A stretch of 64,000 nucleotides of DNA, from the IMG/VR virus record IMGVR_UViG_3300029305_003192; one strand, given 5' to 3'. The notes beneath the pieces were generated by a model that ran no database searches, was not told the origin of the DNA, and saw nothing but the letters and a program-made list of their open reading frames with translations. Below are positions 37,045-46,429 of the stretch, one piece after another. A program made the translations under genes and the position numbers. Each line of letters starts with the position of its first letter. The first letter of the stretch is position 1. Origin of the DNA: a virus (Duplodnaviria > Caudoviricetes).

Positions 37045-37644
37045 ATGTCATCTTTTGATTCAATGTTCGAAGGTCTCTTCGAGAACAACGATGAAGATAT
37101 TGCTGCTGGTGCCATGGAATCTACAGTAGGCGATGATTTTGCATTTCTCGATGAAGGTGCTGCTGAACTGACTCCCGCTGCTGAATCCGCTATTTTCCTC
37201 GAAACTCTTATGGATAGCTTCGATGATCCTAACGAGTTCGCAGATTATGCTATGGAAAATGCTGTATACTGGGAGACATACGGTCTCATCGACAATGCTA
37301 CAGAAGCCCTCGAAGCTGTTAAGAAGTTCCAGGTTGATAACTGGAAGCAGGTCAACTTCGAAAGACTCTGGAAGAGAGAGTGTATCCGTATCGAAGCTCG
37401 TAAGGATACAACTACTTGGAAGAAGTATGCTCTCCACAGAGGTAAGATGAGAGAAGCACGTGATGAAATCTTCCGCAAGAACAAGACTCAGGCTATGAAG
37501 AACGTTCGTGCTGCACAGGCTAACTCTAAGAGAAAGGTTGCATCCATGAACACATCCGGTTCAAAGGACCTCCAGTCCAGACTTAATAAGTCTATCTCTA
37601 AGAGTACTTCTGGTAAGGATCCTACAACAGGCAAGCCTTCCTAA
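37045..37644 (+). CDS. Putative internal head protein, acidic propeptide + basic mature part
   Basis: AMES/AAES/ATEA/ALEA sites then Lys/Arg-rich half; AGGAGG SD. Confidence 0.6.
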   Translation: MSSFDSMFEGLFENNDEDIAAGAMESTVGDDFAFLDEGAAELTPAAESAIFLETLMDSFDDPNEFADYAMENAVYWETYGLIDNATEALEAVKKFQVDNWKQVNFERLWKRECIRIEARKDTTTWKKYALHRGKMREARDEIFRKNKTQAMKNVRAAQANSKRKVASMNTSGSKDLQSRLNKSISKSTSGKDPTTGKPS

Positions 37645-37711
37645 CAGACTAATTATACCCAGATAACCATATGGTTATCTGGGTATTTTCTATGCACCAA
37701 GGGGGGTATGA

Positions 37712-37748
37712 CGTAATATCGGTATATAGTACGTATATATCATATTAG
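37712..37748 (+). promoter_or_regulatory. Early-type promoter
   Basis: CGTAATAT-N14-TATATATCATATTAG. Confidence 0.7.
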
Positions 37749-37960
37749 TGAGAAAAATATATTTATGATTATCAATTCTCAGTTGGGACACCGGACGCCC
37801 GATCACGTCCGGATTCTATATGGTTGTGGTATGACGATCATATAGTCTAGGATTTTAAGATTGGCGTGGTACATACCGACTGCGCCCCAGGGCCGTGGCC
37901 TCCTACCAAAAACCCACGGAATATATCAGGATGACCAAACTGGTCATCCTGATATATTTA
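37749..37960 (+). ncRNA. Candidate stand-alone sRNA with kissing loops and anti-SD loop
   Basis: Between promoter and terminator, no SD-led ORF; four hairpins; loops GGTATG/CATACC complementary; CCTCCT loop. Confidence 0.65.
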
Positions 37961-37971
37961 TATTTTTTTTG

Positions 37972-38661
37972 TTAAATGAGACGTCTAAAGCACTCCTCAA
38001 TCTTGTCCTTGACTTTAGAGAAGTCGCTTACTGATGCTACGAACTTATCGGCAAACATAGCCATTCTGTCAATCGCATAGTTGAGATTATATCGCTCAAC
38101 TTTCTTAAAGATATTAATATCTCCATGAGACAGTATGGATTTACGAGAATCGACTATTTTGTTGATTTGGTAATATACATCATGTCGATGTTCATATACG
38201 ACGAATCTGCAGAATACTAACAGTGCGTAGTAATTTTTATATTCCTTATTGATAGGCATTGCCATATCTCGGGCATAGTGCCACTGTTCGTTGATGAACT
38301 CTGATATATACATCATACGGTTCTTATTAATATCATCTATCACTCTGTCCGTAATAGATTCGAGCTGGTCGAGCTGGTCGATATATTTAGACCTAGCATC
38401 GTTACCATCAGTTATTGATAATATATTACGCATAGTATCTGTATACTCACCATGATACCAAGATAGGTTTATAGTTGTATCTTTCTTAAAGGTCTTCTTA
38501 CTGAGAGTAGCGAATTCCTTATCGAGTTTCTTGTTAAGGTGGATAGTAAACGGGTCATCTCTAAATACCGTATCCATGAGTTTCATGTATACGTCATATT
38601 CCTTAAGGGATGTCGGGTCATGATACCCACGCATGATTAAACTACTAGACATTTTATTCAT
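37972..38661 (-). CDS. Hypothetical late protein
   Basis: 229 aa; late-type promoter 38686-38697. Confidence 0.75.
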   Translation of the reverse strand: MNKMSSSLIMRGYHDPTSLKEYDVYMKLMDTVFRDDPFTIHLNKKLDKEFATLSKKTFKKDTTINLSWYHGEYTDTMRNILSITDGNDARSKYIDQLDQLESITDRVIDDINKNRMMYISEFINEQWHYARDMAMPINKEYKNYYALLVFCRFVVYEHRHDVYYQINKIVDSRKSILSHGDINIFKKVERYNLNYAIDRMAMFADKFVASVSDFSKVKDKIEECFRRLI

Positions 38662-38742
38662 CTCCTTCCACTAATATGTTAGAATTACTCGGTTGTTTCC
38701 CGAACCTTCATATAATGAGTTTATAATAAAGGAGGAATCTAA

Positions 38743-39498
38743 ATGGCTAATGCTCCATTATGGACAATCCAGCAACTCATTCAGCTTATTAAAGATGACC
38801 TTGAGTTGCACGATTTACCTAATACTATTACAGATGAAATGATTATAGAGCGTATACAGCAGAGTTCTCTTAAGGAGTTCTCTATTGTATACCCAAGATT
38901 CGAGAAGTTCAGACTCAGCTTTGGTGACCTCGTTAATCCAGAGATTCGATTTCATAACCGTTCACGTGGACTTGAGTATTATATACCCAAATACTTCTTG
39001 ATGCAGTATACTCCGGTTACACTCATAGATGTCGAACCATATACACATAAAGACTTCTATGGGGACGTTCTCCCATATGCACTTGGATATGAACCTGCTG
39101 GTTTAATTACAGATATCGCAGGTATCAAGGGGATGGCTGGGATGGCTGGCAATCTGGCGAATTCACCTACACCAGATTATGATAGTGCTCGTCAGACTAT
39201 CACTATATATAACGGTTATAGTGAAGGATTATATGAGGTAACTATGGGTGTAGCTCATGACATCAACCTCAGAACCATTCCAACTACAGCAATGGTGACA
39301 TTCCGAGAACTTGCTACAAACGACGTTGGTGCATACATATATAGCAAGATATTCCGTAAGGACGGCATCGAAACTGGCGTTGGTAATATTACACTCAATA
39401 TCGACAACCTGAGAGAATGTAAGTCCAGATATAAGGAAATGATGAAGGAACTTGCAGATGAAGCAGTTCTTGATATGGATACAATCGAATTCTTTTAA
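38743..39498 (+). CDS. Putative neck/head-tail adaptor protein
   Basis: 251 aa, late-type promoter 38703-38714; C-terminal G.ITLN motif reminiscent of T4 gp13-like proteins. Confidence 0.45.
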   Translation: MANAPLWTIQQLIQLIKDDLELHDLPNTITDEMIIERIQQSSLKEFSIVYPRFEKFRLSFGDLVNPEIRFHNRSRGLEYYIPKYFLMQYTPVTLIDVEPYTHKDFYGDVLPYALGYEPAGLITDIAGIKGMAGMAGNLANSPTPDYDSARQTITIYNGYSEGLYEVTMGVAHDINLRTIPTTAMVTFRELATNDVGAYIYSKIFRKDGIETGVGNITLNIDNLRECKSRYKEMMKELADEAVLDMDTIEFF

Positions 39499-39536
39499 TT
39501 TAATCCCAGTAAGGCATATGCCTTACTGGGATATTT

Positions 39537-40526
39537 TTATGTAGGGTTACCTAAGTTCTTACCCACATATGTAGTTACTACTGAATAATTATGAGAGACT
39601 CTCATACAAATCTGAGATAAGTTGTAAATATACTGACTTGCAAACTGACAGTTGTTTGCGATCTCTGGATTAGTAGCAACATCTGGGTCACTGCTCCAGT
39701 TCTTAATAGTGTTACTGAAAGCTTCATAGAATTGTGCGGACTTCTCAATAGCATGTGCACGCTTCTCAATCTTTCGTAAGAATGCACCTACTGCAGGAAT
39801 ACCGTCTCTACAGTAGCAAATGATATTACCAGCATGACGCTTAAGAAGGTTCACGATGACTTCCTTAACCGTAGAGTGTAATCCATGTCCCTGGGACTTA
39901 GTAGCACTTGCAAGAGCTGTGAGCACACCATTCTTATACATGGTTTGTATCTTAGTAACATGAGTATTGCAGCTATCTGCAAGAGTTCTCATTCTGTCCA
40001 TATCAACACGGGTCTGACCGAAGTCTGATGGAGGATTACGAGGTGTAAATCCTTTAAGTGTGGATATGGTCGAACGCTCGTATCCAGCAAGTTCATTGTC
40101 TTTGCTTATAAGCTTCTCAGCTTCTGCAGCGATATCACTAAATGCTTTCTTGACATTAGTCATGAGTACAGTTAGGATATTATTGAGTACGGTCGCACCC
40201 TTGTCAATATCGGCATCAGATACATTATTATCAACGGTACCATTATATGTACTAAGCCCAGGTATTGCCGAGATATCAAGGGTTTCACGTTCAGTCTTTG
40301 CTGTTTTATTAAGTATCTTACGATACTCCATGAGAACCAATTCGGATGCAGCATCTGCACGCTGAGATGGCATCAGGAGCTTCTGAATCATAAGTATAAT
40401 CTTGCGGACGAACTCCTTAATCTTAGCTACTACTGAGAGTATCATATTCTGAAGCTTCTTAAAGAAACCGGTCTTGGTTGGGGTGGCAGGAAATATACCA
40501 TCCTGAGCTAAAACTTCAGCAGACAT
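39537..40526 (-). CDS. Putative internal head protein
   Basis: Amphipathic helix FFKKLQNMILSVVAKIKEFVRKII like phiKZ-type inner-head proteins. Confidence 0.5.
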   Translation of the reverse strand: MSAEVLAQDGIFPATPTKTGFFKKLQNMILSVVAKIKEFVRKIILMIQKLLMPSQRADAASELVLMEYRKILNKTAKTERETLDISAIPGLSTYNGTVDNNVSDADIDKGATVLNNILTVLMTNVKKAFSDIAAEAEKLISKDNELAGYERSTISTLKGFTPRNPPSDFGQTRVDMDRMRTLADSCNTHVTKIQTMYKNGVLTALASATKSQGHGLHSTVKEVIVNLLKRHAGNIICYCRDGIPAVGAFLRKIEKRAHAIEKSAQFYEAFSNTIKNWSSDPDVATNPEIANNCQFASQYIYNLSQICMRVSHNYSVVTTYVGKNLGNPT

Positions 40527-40600
40527 TATTATACCTCCTTATTACAGAAAATAACCAGAGAACCGAAGTTCTCTGGTTATGAATATAATCACGATGAATA

Positions 40601-41962
40601 TTAGTCGTGAAGCTTGTCAATATCATTAGTGTTCTGAGCACCCTTAAGGATGAACTTTCTCTTTGTCTCGGTAGTAAAGAAGCCGAGGCTGACACATTCA
40701 TTGAGATTTCTTGCCATTCTCTGGAATACTACAGAGGATTCCTTATAAATCTTACAGGATTCGTAAGCAATCTTGGCAGGTGTGTTATCAGTCATTCTGT
40801 TCTTCACAGCATTCATGATAAAGTCACATTCCTTGACATTATCCTGGCATACCTTCTCAACCTTTTCTACTGCAGTGAGAGCTCTGTCGATAACAGCGCC
40901 TTTTTCTACGAAATGTGCTTTAGCAAGGATTTTTGATACCTTCTGAGACAGTGTGAGCTTATTGTTAACGGAATCCTTCTTATTGCCGCTTACGAGACGA
41001 TCGTTGTCACGCTCTTTCTGCCATTCTTCTTCAGCCTTTTTATCGGCCTCAGATTTTTCATCCTCCTTGGACTTGCCATGTTCCTTCTTAGACAGAGTGT
41101 CTTTACCACTGCCATCTTCTTTGGTAAATGTGATGGCGTCACCCTTAGCAGCGAGACGTTCGATGAGTTTATTATACTGAGCTGTAATCTCTGCTACCGC
41201 AGATTCGAGAGCTTCATCAACCTTCTTCATATTATCAAGCTGAATTCTGACATGCTGAAGCTCTTTATCAGCAGCCACTCTCTTAGCATTCATATCAGAA
41301 CCGTCGAAGGAACCGCTGAACTTTTCTTCATATGCACGTGCAGCAGCAATTGCCTTATCGCCACCTTCACGCTTCTCCTTATTTGTCTGAATGGAATCAG
41401 AATTGGAGAAACTGTGACCTTCGCTCTGCGCAGCCTTAATTGCAGCAGATACCTTCTTACAGATATTTTCAATAGCCTTACAGTCTGTTTCAACAGATGT
41501 GTTGAGGATATTGAATACCTTATCCGCTGACGCTCTGACATCACGTGCCTCAGCACAAATATCTTTTTCAGCTTCAGTCAACTGCTGTCCCTTTGCAGCA
41601 TTAAGGGTACTGTTAACCTTGGCTCTCTTTTCCTTGAACTTAGCAGCCAGTGTAGTGAACATATTCTTGATTGCACCGATAATACCGCTGATTGCCTTTC
41701 CGATCTTAGAGCCTGTTGTTTCACCGGCAGCTTCAGTGGCCGCAGATGCTACAGGACCCTGAGTATCTGTGAAAAGTGTGGCAAGGAAATCATCGCTGTC
41801 TGTTGCAGATTCGTTCGCTGGGATAGCAAAACCGGCTGCCTCGTCGCGAGAGTAATCACTTGCAAGATAATCTGGAGTAATGTCGTTTTCAACTTCGAAA
41901 AGTGTGATTGCAGATTCGAGTGCAATCAGGTCGAGAGAGAAATTATCGAACATTGCATTCAT
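40601..41962 (-). CDS. Putative internal head protein
   Basis: ALES/ANES/ATEA propeptide then amphipathic helix. Confidence 0.55.
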   Translation of the reverse strand: MNAMFDNFSLDLIALESAITLFEVENDITPDYLASDYSRDEAAGFAIPANESATDSDDFLATLFTDTQGPVASAATEAAGETTGSKIGKAISGIIGAIKNMFTTLAAKFKEKRAKVNSTLNAAKGQQLTEAEKDICAEARDVRASADKVFNILNTSVETDCKAIENICKKVSAAIKAAQSEGHSFSNSDSIQTNKEKREGGDKAIAAARAYEEKFSGSFDGSDMNAKRVAADKELQHVRIQLDNMKKVDEALESAVAEITAQYNKLIERLAAKGDAITFTKEDGSGKDTLSKKEHGKSKEDEKSEADKKAEEEWQKERDNDRLVSGNKKDSVNNKLTLSQKVSKILAKAHFVEKGAVIDRALTAVEKVEKVCQDNVKECDFIMNAVKNRMTDNTPAKIAYESCKIYKESSVVFQRMARNLNECVSLGFFTTETKRKFILKGAQNTNDIDKLHD

Positions 41963-42046
41963 GATTTATTACCTCATTTCTTATAAGATTTGATTTGAAT
42001 TGATCATATTCTCATATCGAAATACGTCATTCATTACATTTTATGT

Positions 42047-42928
42047 TTACCATTTTCTCATCAAATGGTTTATATCCCTTCTGAGGGAATCCTCGAGTGG
42101 GATAAATACGTGACCATTAGCAGTACCTACGGAGAACAGGCCGGAACTGTCAATAGTTGCAGATTCCATAGCTGGCTCAAGACCATCAAGTACATACTTA
42201 CAGTTATCACTTAAGTTGTATATGTCTCCTGCAATCTCATCGAGAGATATACCAATAGAGACGGAAGATTCGGAAGCACCGGAAAGTTTATTGACTTTCT
42301 TATTGGTGATTTCGAAGCTCTTGCTACAATCGGCAAAAGCAGTGGGGTCAGATGGGTATATAACCCTGTCCCAACAAATAACACGACCAGGACCAACTAC
42401 ATCTATATGACCATCAGGAGTTTTAGCCTGAGGGACGATTGAACGTACACTTACAGATGGAATCAATCCCTGGAGGATGCTACGACGGAACTTATCGCCT
42501 GGTCCATTACCATCGTCAAGAGTCTGAAGCACACCATAGCATGCATTTTCACCATCCCATTCGATAGATTTGAGGACCAGACACATGTTGTCTGGATCAA
42601 TTGTAAGTAATCTTTCCATACTGAGTTTTGCACCCTGGGTCTGTACAATCGGGTGACCGGCTTCACCAGGTACACCGCCCTTTTCATAGAGCTGTTGTCT
42701 AAACCATGGATGCATCAGGGTCTGTCTAAAGTGGTTAGCAACCCACTTACGTCCATTACGGTTATAGCTACCGAATGAAAGCAAACACTGACGCCACTCA
42801 ATATAATTGGACTCGCTGTTTTCGGATTTTGGATCACCTATGATTTCGAACTTCTGTTCGTCACCACGGGGAGCCTCTTCGATTACAGCATAATACTGAA
42901 AAGATTTAGTATTCGCCATGTATCCCAT
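42047..42928 (-). CDS. Prohead protease (T4 gp21-like)
   Basis: NRNGRKW, GEAGHP, PSVSVRS, WDRVIYPS motifs; C-terminal ASES/AMES autoprocessing candidates. Confidence 0.85.
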   Translation of the reverse strand: MGYMANTKSFQYYAVIEEAPRGDEQKFEIIGDPKSENSESNYIEWRQCLLSFGSYNRNGRKWVANHFRQTLMHPWFRQQLYEKGGVPGEAGHPIVQTQGAKLSMERLLTIDPDNMCLVLKSIEWDGENACYGVLQTLDDGNGPGDKFRRSILQGLIPSVSVRSIVPQAKTPDGHIDVVGPGRVICWDRVIYPSDPTAFADCSKSFEITNKKVNKLSGASESSVSIGISLDEIAGDIYNLSDNCKYVLDGLEPAMESATIDSSGLFSVGTANGHVFIPLEDSLRRDINHLMRKW

Positions 42929-42990
42929 CCTTTCTGTATAGACTTTACTTCTATGTTCGTATGTAATACTTACGCCGCTTATTTATAGAC

Positions 42991-43027
42991 CGTAATTTCC
43001 TCCTAGACCGGGTATATATCATATTAG
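42991..43027 (+). promoter_or_regulatory. Early-type promoter
   Basis: CGTAATTT-N14-TATATATCATATTAG. Confidence 0.7.
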
Positions 43028-43042
43028 TAGAAATATAAGAGA

Positions 43043-43092
43043 TATCGCTAAGTTATAGGGCACTTAGCGACGTATAAAAATAGCCCTTCATA
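43043..43092 (+). promoter_or_regulatory. Conserved 5' leader, H-type pseudoknot (copy 1)
   Basis: 9-bp stem TCGCTAAGT/ACTTAGCGA; loop AGGGC pairs with GCCCT 43083-43087; near-identical copy at 55986-56034. Confidence 0.7.
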
Positions 43093-43107
43093 GTAGGAGG
43101 TAATACT

Positions 43108-43503
43108 ATGAGAAACGTACTTGCAAACGCATTATCGCTCAATATGTTCAACCGTATGGTTCCAATGGATAACGATTATGGATATGCTGGTTTCGGTATA
43201 TCCGTAAAAGAGGTACGTCCAGAGGACGTGCCAAGGGACTGTGTGTCCATTATAGGACACACCGACACCGCTGCGGTGGTGTCATCAATGCTGGGATTTA
43301 ATGTCCCAGCAAACCGAATAGCCCATACAATAGAGAACGGTGACGTTCTCTTTGTGGCCCAGTACACGGGGCCACGACTCCCCGAGGGAGCCTCGAGGCT
43401 CCCTGAAGGAGGCATTATCCGGTTCTACCGGGTAATGGAAGTCGATCCGATACCCGACAACAACGGCTGTATCGGAGAAAGGAGGTTTTTCGTCGGCGAG
43501 TAA
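43108..43503 (+). CDS. acrIII-1: AcrIII-1 / DUF1874 (STIV B116, YddF-like) ring nuclease, anti-type III CRISPR
   Basis: NALSLNM, SIIGHTDTA (catalytic GH), NRI, GDVLFVAQY, PRLPEG motifs. Confidence 0.88.
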   Translation: MRNVLANALSLNMFNRMVPMDNDYGYAGFGISVKEVRPEDVPRDCVSIIGHTDTAAVVSSMLGFNVPANRIAHTIENGDVLFVAQYTGPRLPEGASRLPEGGIIRFYRVMEVDPIPDNNGCIGERRFFVGE

Positions 43504-43618
43504 TTGCCGACGAATACCAATACCAGGAGACGTGTCTCCTGGTATTTTTTTTGCTTTTAGAAGCACCAATTCCAAAACCTCTATATAATCAATTCCTAAC
43601 AGAAGGAGGTATAATATA

Positions 43619-45493
43619 ATGGCCGATATGAATGCTGTCTATAAAGATAGATTACATAGTAAAGCTGATTATCTGATGCAGTTATCCGACCCTAAGTTGG
43701 CTAATGAATTCATTACAAGTGGAATGCATTGCGAGTATCTTAAAGAGTATACCGATAAAATCGTAAAAGATGATGACGGTATATGTGCCTGGACGCTCAG
43801 AACTATGATGCAGTCTGCTATTGATAACTCCAATATATTATGGAATCAGCCTCGATACCTGGTACCACTTATCAGATATTACGAATCTTTGATTAATACC
43901 CCAGCTATCGGTGGGGTATCTGATTCAGATGGTAGAATGCCAGAGGTTGCTTACCAATACACATTGTGCAAAATATTTAGATGGCTTAGTCCATCTAAAT
44001 TTCTTCAGGCGGTTACTAAGTTTAACCTTGGTAACGATCTGCTGGCAAGCTCATTTACTGAACTTATCAGAAGTGCTGTCGATGCTAATGATGGTGATAA
44101 CTATGAGGATTACACAAGTGACATCGAAGTTCTGCACGAAGTACTCCTTAATGATATCACACCAGTTCACCGTGTCGAGAAAATGTTCCATACCGGTAAT
44201 ATGGGTAATCTTGATATAACACATATTTCTTTTGATGCGTGGGGACTTTCCGATAGAGTACCTGAAGCATCACAGACTCAGGGAGAGCCTTTAATATTTG
44301 GAGATTCCGAGTATAATCTTGCAGTAATTAAACTTCTCTTCCGTGAATATGTAATCTCTGAATGGGACTTATTTGCTAAGAATTCAGATGTCTCCAGATT
44401 CAGCAGGGAAGAACTCAACATCGTTCGTCAGATGTTACAGTCAATGTACAATGTAGAATGTGACGATACATATATTCGTGATAGAGCATTCACTACTATA
44501 GAAATGCTTAGGAACGATACAGAGTATTCGATATTCCCATTAATGCAGACTATGATTCTCGCGGTAGGTAAGTTTATCGAAAGATTCGCTGTAGTATTAT
44601 TCCCAGATATGACTCATAAGGATATGAAGTTTACCCTCAACGTTAGACGTTTCGCTTCTGCAATTACCGATATGAAATCTGGTAGGGAAGCCGAGAAGTA
44701 TGAAGACATTAAAGGTACTATGGAAGGTGCATTACTCGAGCTCGATGAACTCATGCTGGATGAACCAGTTGAAACTGTGGCAAGGGTCATCCCAGTATAT
44801 AATCCTTTTGGTATCATGACAATAGTGCCAGCTACCGAAGCGACCAAAAAGAGCCAGGCTCTCGAGTCCGAACCAGAAACTCGTACGAAGACTCAGCAGA
44901 AGTCAATCGACAAGCGAAATGATAAAGACACCTCACGAGAAGAGCGCTTGCACCAGGCTGCTGCCAATATACGTTCGGGAGTCCGTAAGGGTTATAATGA
45001 CTACAAACGCTATACTGCAAATGCAAAAGCCATCGATACACAGGTTGGTAAGATTTTTAAGAATCTCTCCAAGAAAATCACCAATACTGATGGTGAAAAA
45101 TACCGTGAGGAGATACTCGGTGGTAAGGAACCATCACCACTTAAGGTTCTTGGAAAGGTACTTGCATACGCAGGCGTATTTTCCGCAAACCCGGTACTCG
45201 GCATCATAGCACTGGTAACCAGACATTATAATGGTAAGAAGACAAGACGTGTGGAACGTCGTAAGGCAATGGTCGAGCTTCAGAACGAGATGAAGCTTCT
45301 CGATGAGAAGATTGCCGATGCCCAGGCTGCTGGTGATAGAAAAGCCAAGTATGAACTGATGCGTGTCCGTAACGCATTGGATTCATCATATGATTCAATC
45401 AGGACTAATATGAGTAGAACTCCTGATAAGGATTTGCTTGCTACTAAGAAGTCACTGATTAATGTGGAGGTGAATGCAGGTGGCAACAAGTAA
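43619..45493 (+). CDS. Putative head/virion structural protein
   Basis: 624 aa; late-type promoter 43576-43587; ATEA/ALES sites; upstream of capsid gene. Confidence 0.55.
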   Translation: MADMNAVYKDRLHSKADYLMQLSDPKLANEFITSGMHCEYLKEYTDKIVKDDDGICAWTLRTMMQSAIDNSNILWNQPRYLVPLIRYYESLINTPAIGGVSDSDGRMPEVAYQYTLCKIFRWLSPSKFLQAVTKFNLGNDLLASSFTELIRSAVDANDGDNYEDYTSDIEVLHEVLLNDITPVHRVEKMFHTGNMGNLDITHISFDAWGLSDRVPEASQTQGEPLIFGDSEYNLAVIKLLFREYVISEWDLFAKNSDVSRFSREELNIVRQMLQSMYNVECDDTYIRDRAFTTIEMLRNDTEYSIFPLMQTMILAVGKFIERFAVVLFPDMTHKDMKFTLNVRRFASAITDMKSGREAEKYEDIKGTMEGALLELDELMLDEPVETVARVIPVYNPFGIMTIVPATEATKKSQALESEPETRTKTQQKSIDKRNDKDTSREERLHQAAANIRSGVRKGYNDYKRYTANAKAIDTQVGKIFKNLSKKITNTDGEKYREEILGGKEPSPLKVLGKVLAYAGVFSANPVLGIIALVTRHYNGKKTRRVERRKAMVELQNEMKLLDEKIADAQAAGDRKAKYELMRVRNALDSSYDSIRTNMSRTPDKDLLATKKSLINVEVNAGGNK

Positions 45494-46307
45494 TTTTTTT
45501 GTACAACTCAATGATGCTGAAGAATCGGGCATAATGCCCGATCTGTTCGGCGATGACGATATGTATCCTGCAATGGAAGGTCTCGATGATGACTTAGATA
45601 GACTCGGTCAAGTCGATGGTTCAGCAGAAGCCGAAGCTGAGGCGAGTGCTGATGCTGAAACTGAAGCAGATACCACTGAATCTGAAGAACCTGCGGAAGA
45701 TGATGTTGGTGAAGAAGCTCCAGATGACGAAGGTGGAGAGACCGAAGACCTTGCAGCTGCTACTGATGAACAGCTTGAGGAAGATGGCGAAGCTGTTGAT
45801 ACTTCAGCTACACCAGATGACGAAGGTGGAGACCTTGACACTAACGATGATTCGTCAGATACTGATTTAACAAATACTGCTTCTGACCCGCTTCGTAGTG
45901 TGGCTGTTAAAGAAGCATATCGTACCAAATTCCTGAAACTATATACTATTATTATAGACTCAGTAACCACTATGAATACCTTTACCCCAGAGTATACTAA
46001 CTCTGAGAGTAAGAAGTATTATAGACTTCGTGAACAGCTCAACGAACTCAAGGAACTTATCTACATCATCTGTACTAAGAAGTTATCTGCAATGACAGTC
46101 GATGAAGTTCTTCGTAAGTATTCATTATGTAATATGACATATGATGCTATTACAAATGAGATGAAGGAGTTCATTGAAGCGTATAATAGACAGCAAAAGA
46201 AGGCTCAGACAAAGGACAGAAGCGAGCGTGCTAAAGAGGGTGCTAGACGTATTGCTAGTAGCCTTAATTATGAAAGCATATCGAAACGTCCAAATACAAC
46301 AAAGTAA
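45474..46307 (+). CDS. Putative scaffold/prohead core protein
   Basis: Very acidic N-half with AMEG site, helical C-half; directly before major capsid gene. Confidence 0.5.
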   Translation: MQVATSNFFVQLNDAEESGIMPDLFGDDDMYPAMEGLDDDLDRLGQVDGSAEAEAEASADAETEADTTESEEPAEDDVGEEAPDDEGGETEDLAAATDEQLEEDGEAVDTSATPDDEGGDLDTNDDSSDTDLTNTASDPLRSVAVKEAYRTKFLKLYTIIIDSVTTMNTFTPEYTNSESKKYYRLREQLNELKELIYIICTKKLSAMTVDEVLRKYSLCNMTYDAITNEMKEFIEAYNRQQKKAQTKDRSERAKEGARRIASSLNYESISKRPNTTK

Positions 46308-46429
46308 GTAAAATACACTTTCTCAGTCGTATATTTAGAGTATCTTCACAAATGCTTTAATTAAACAGTCATGTAAATACGATTAGAAACGTATAATAAA
46401 TTCTATAGAAATGAGGAGGAATTTAAACC

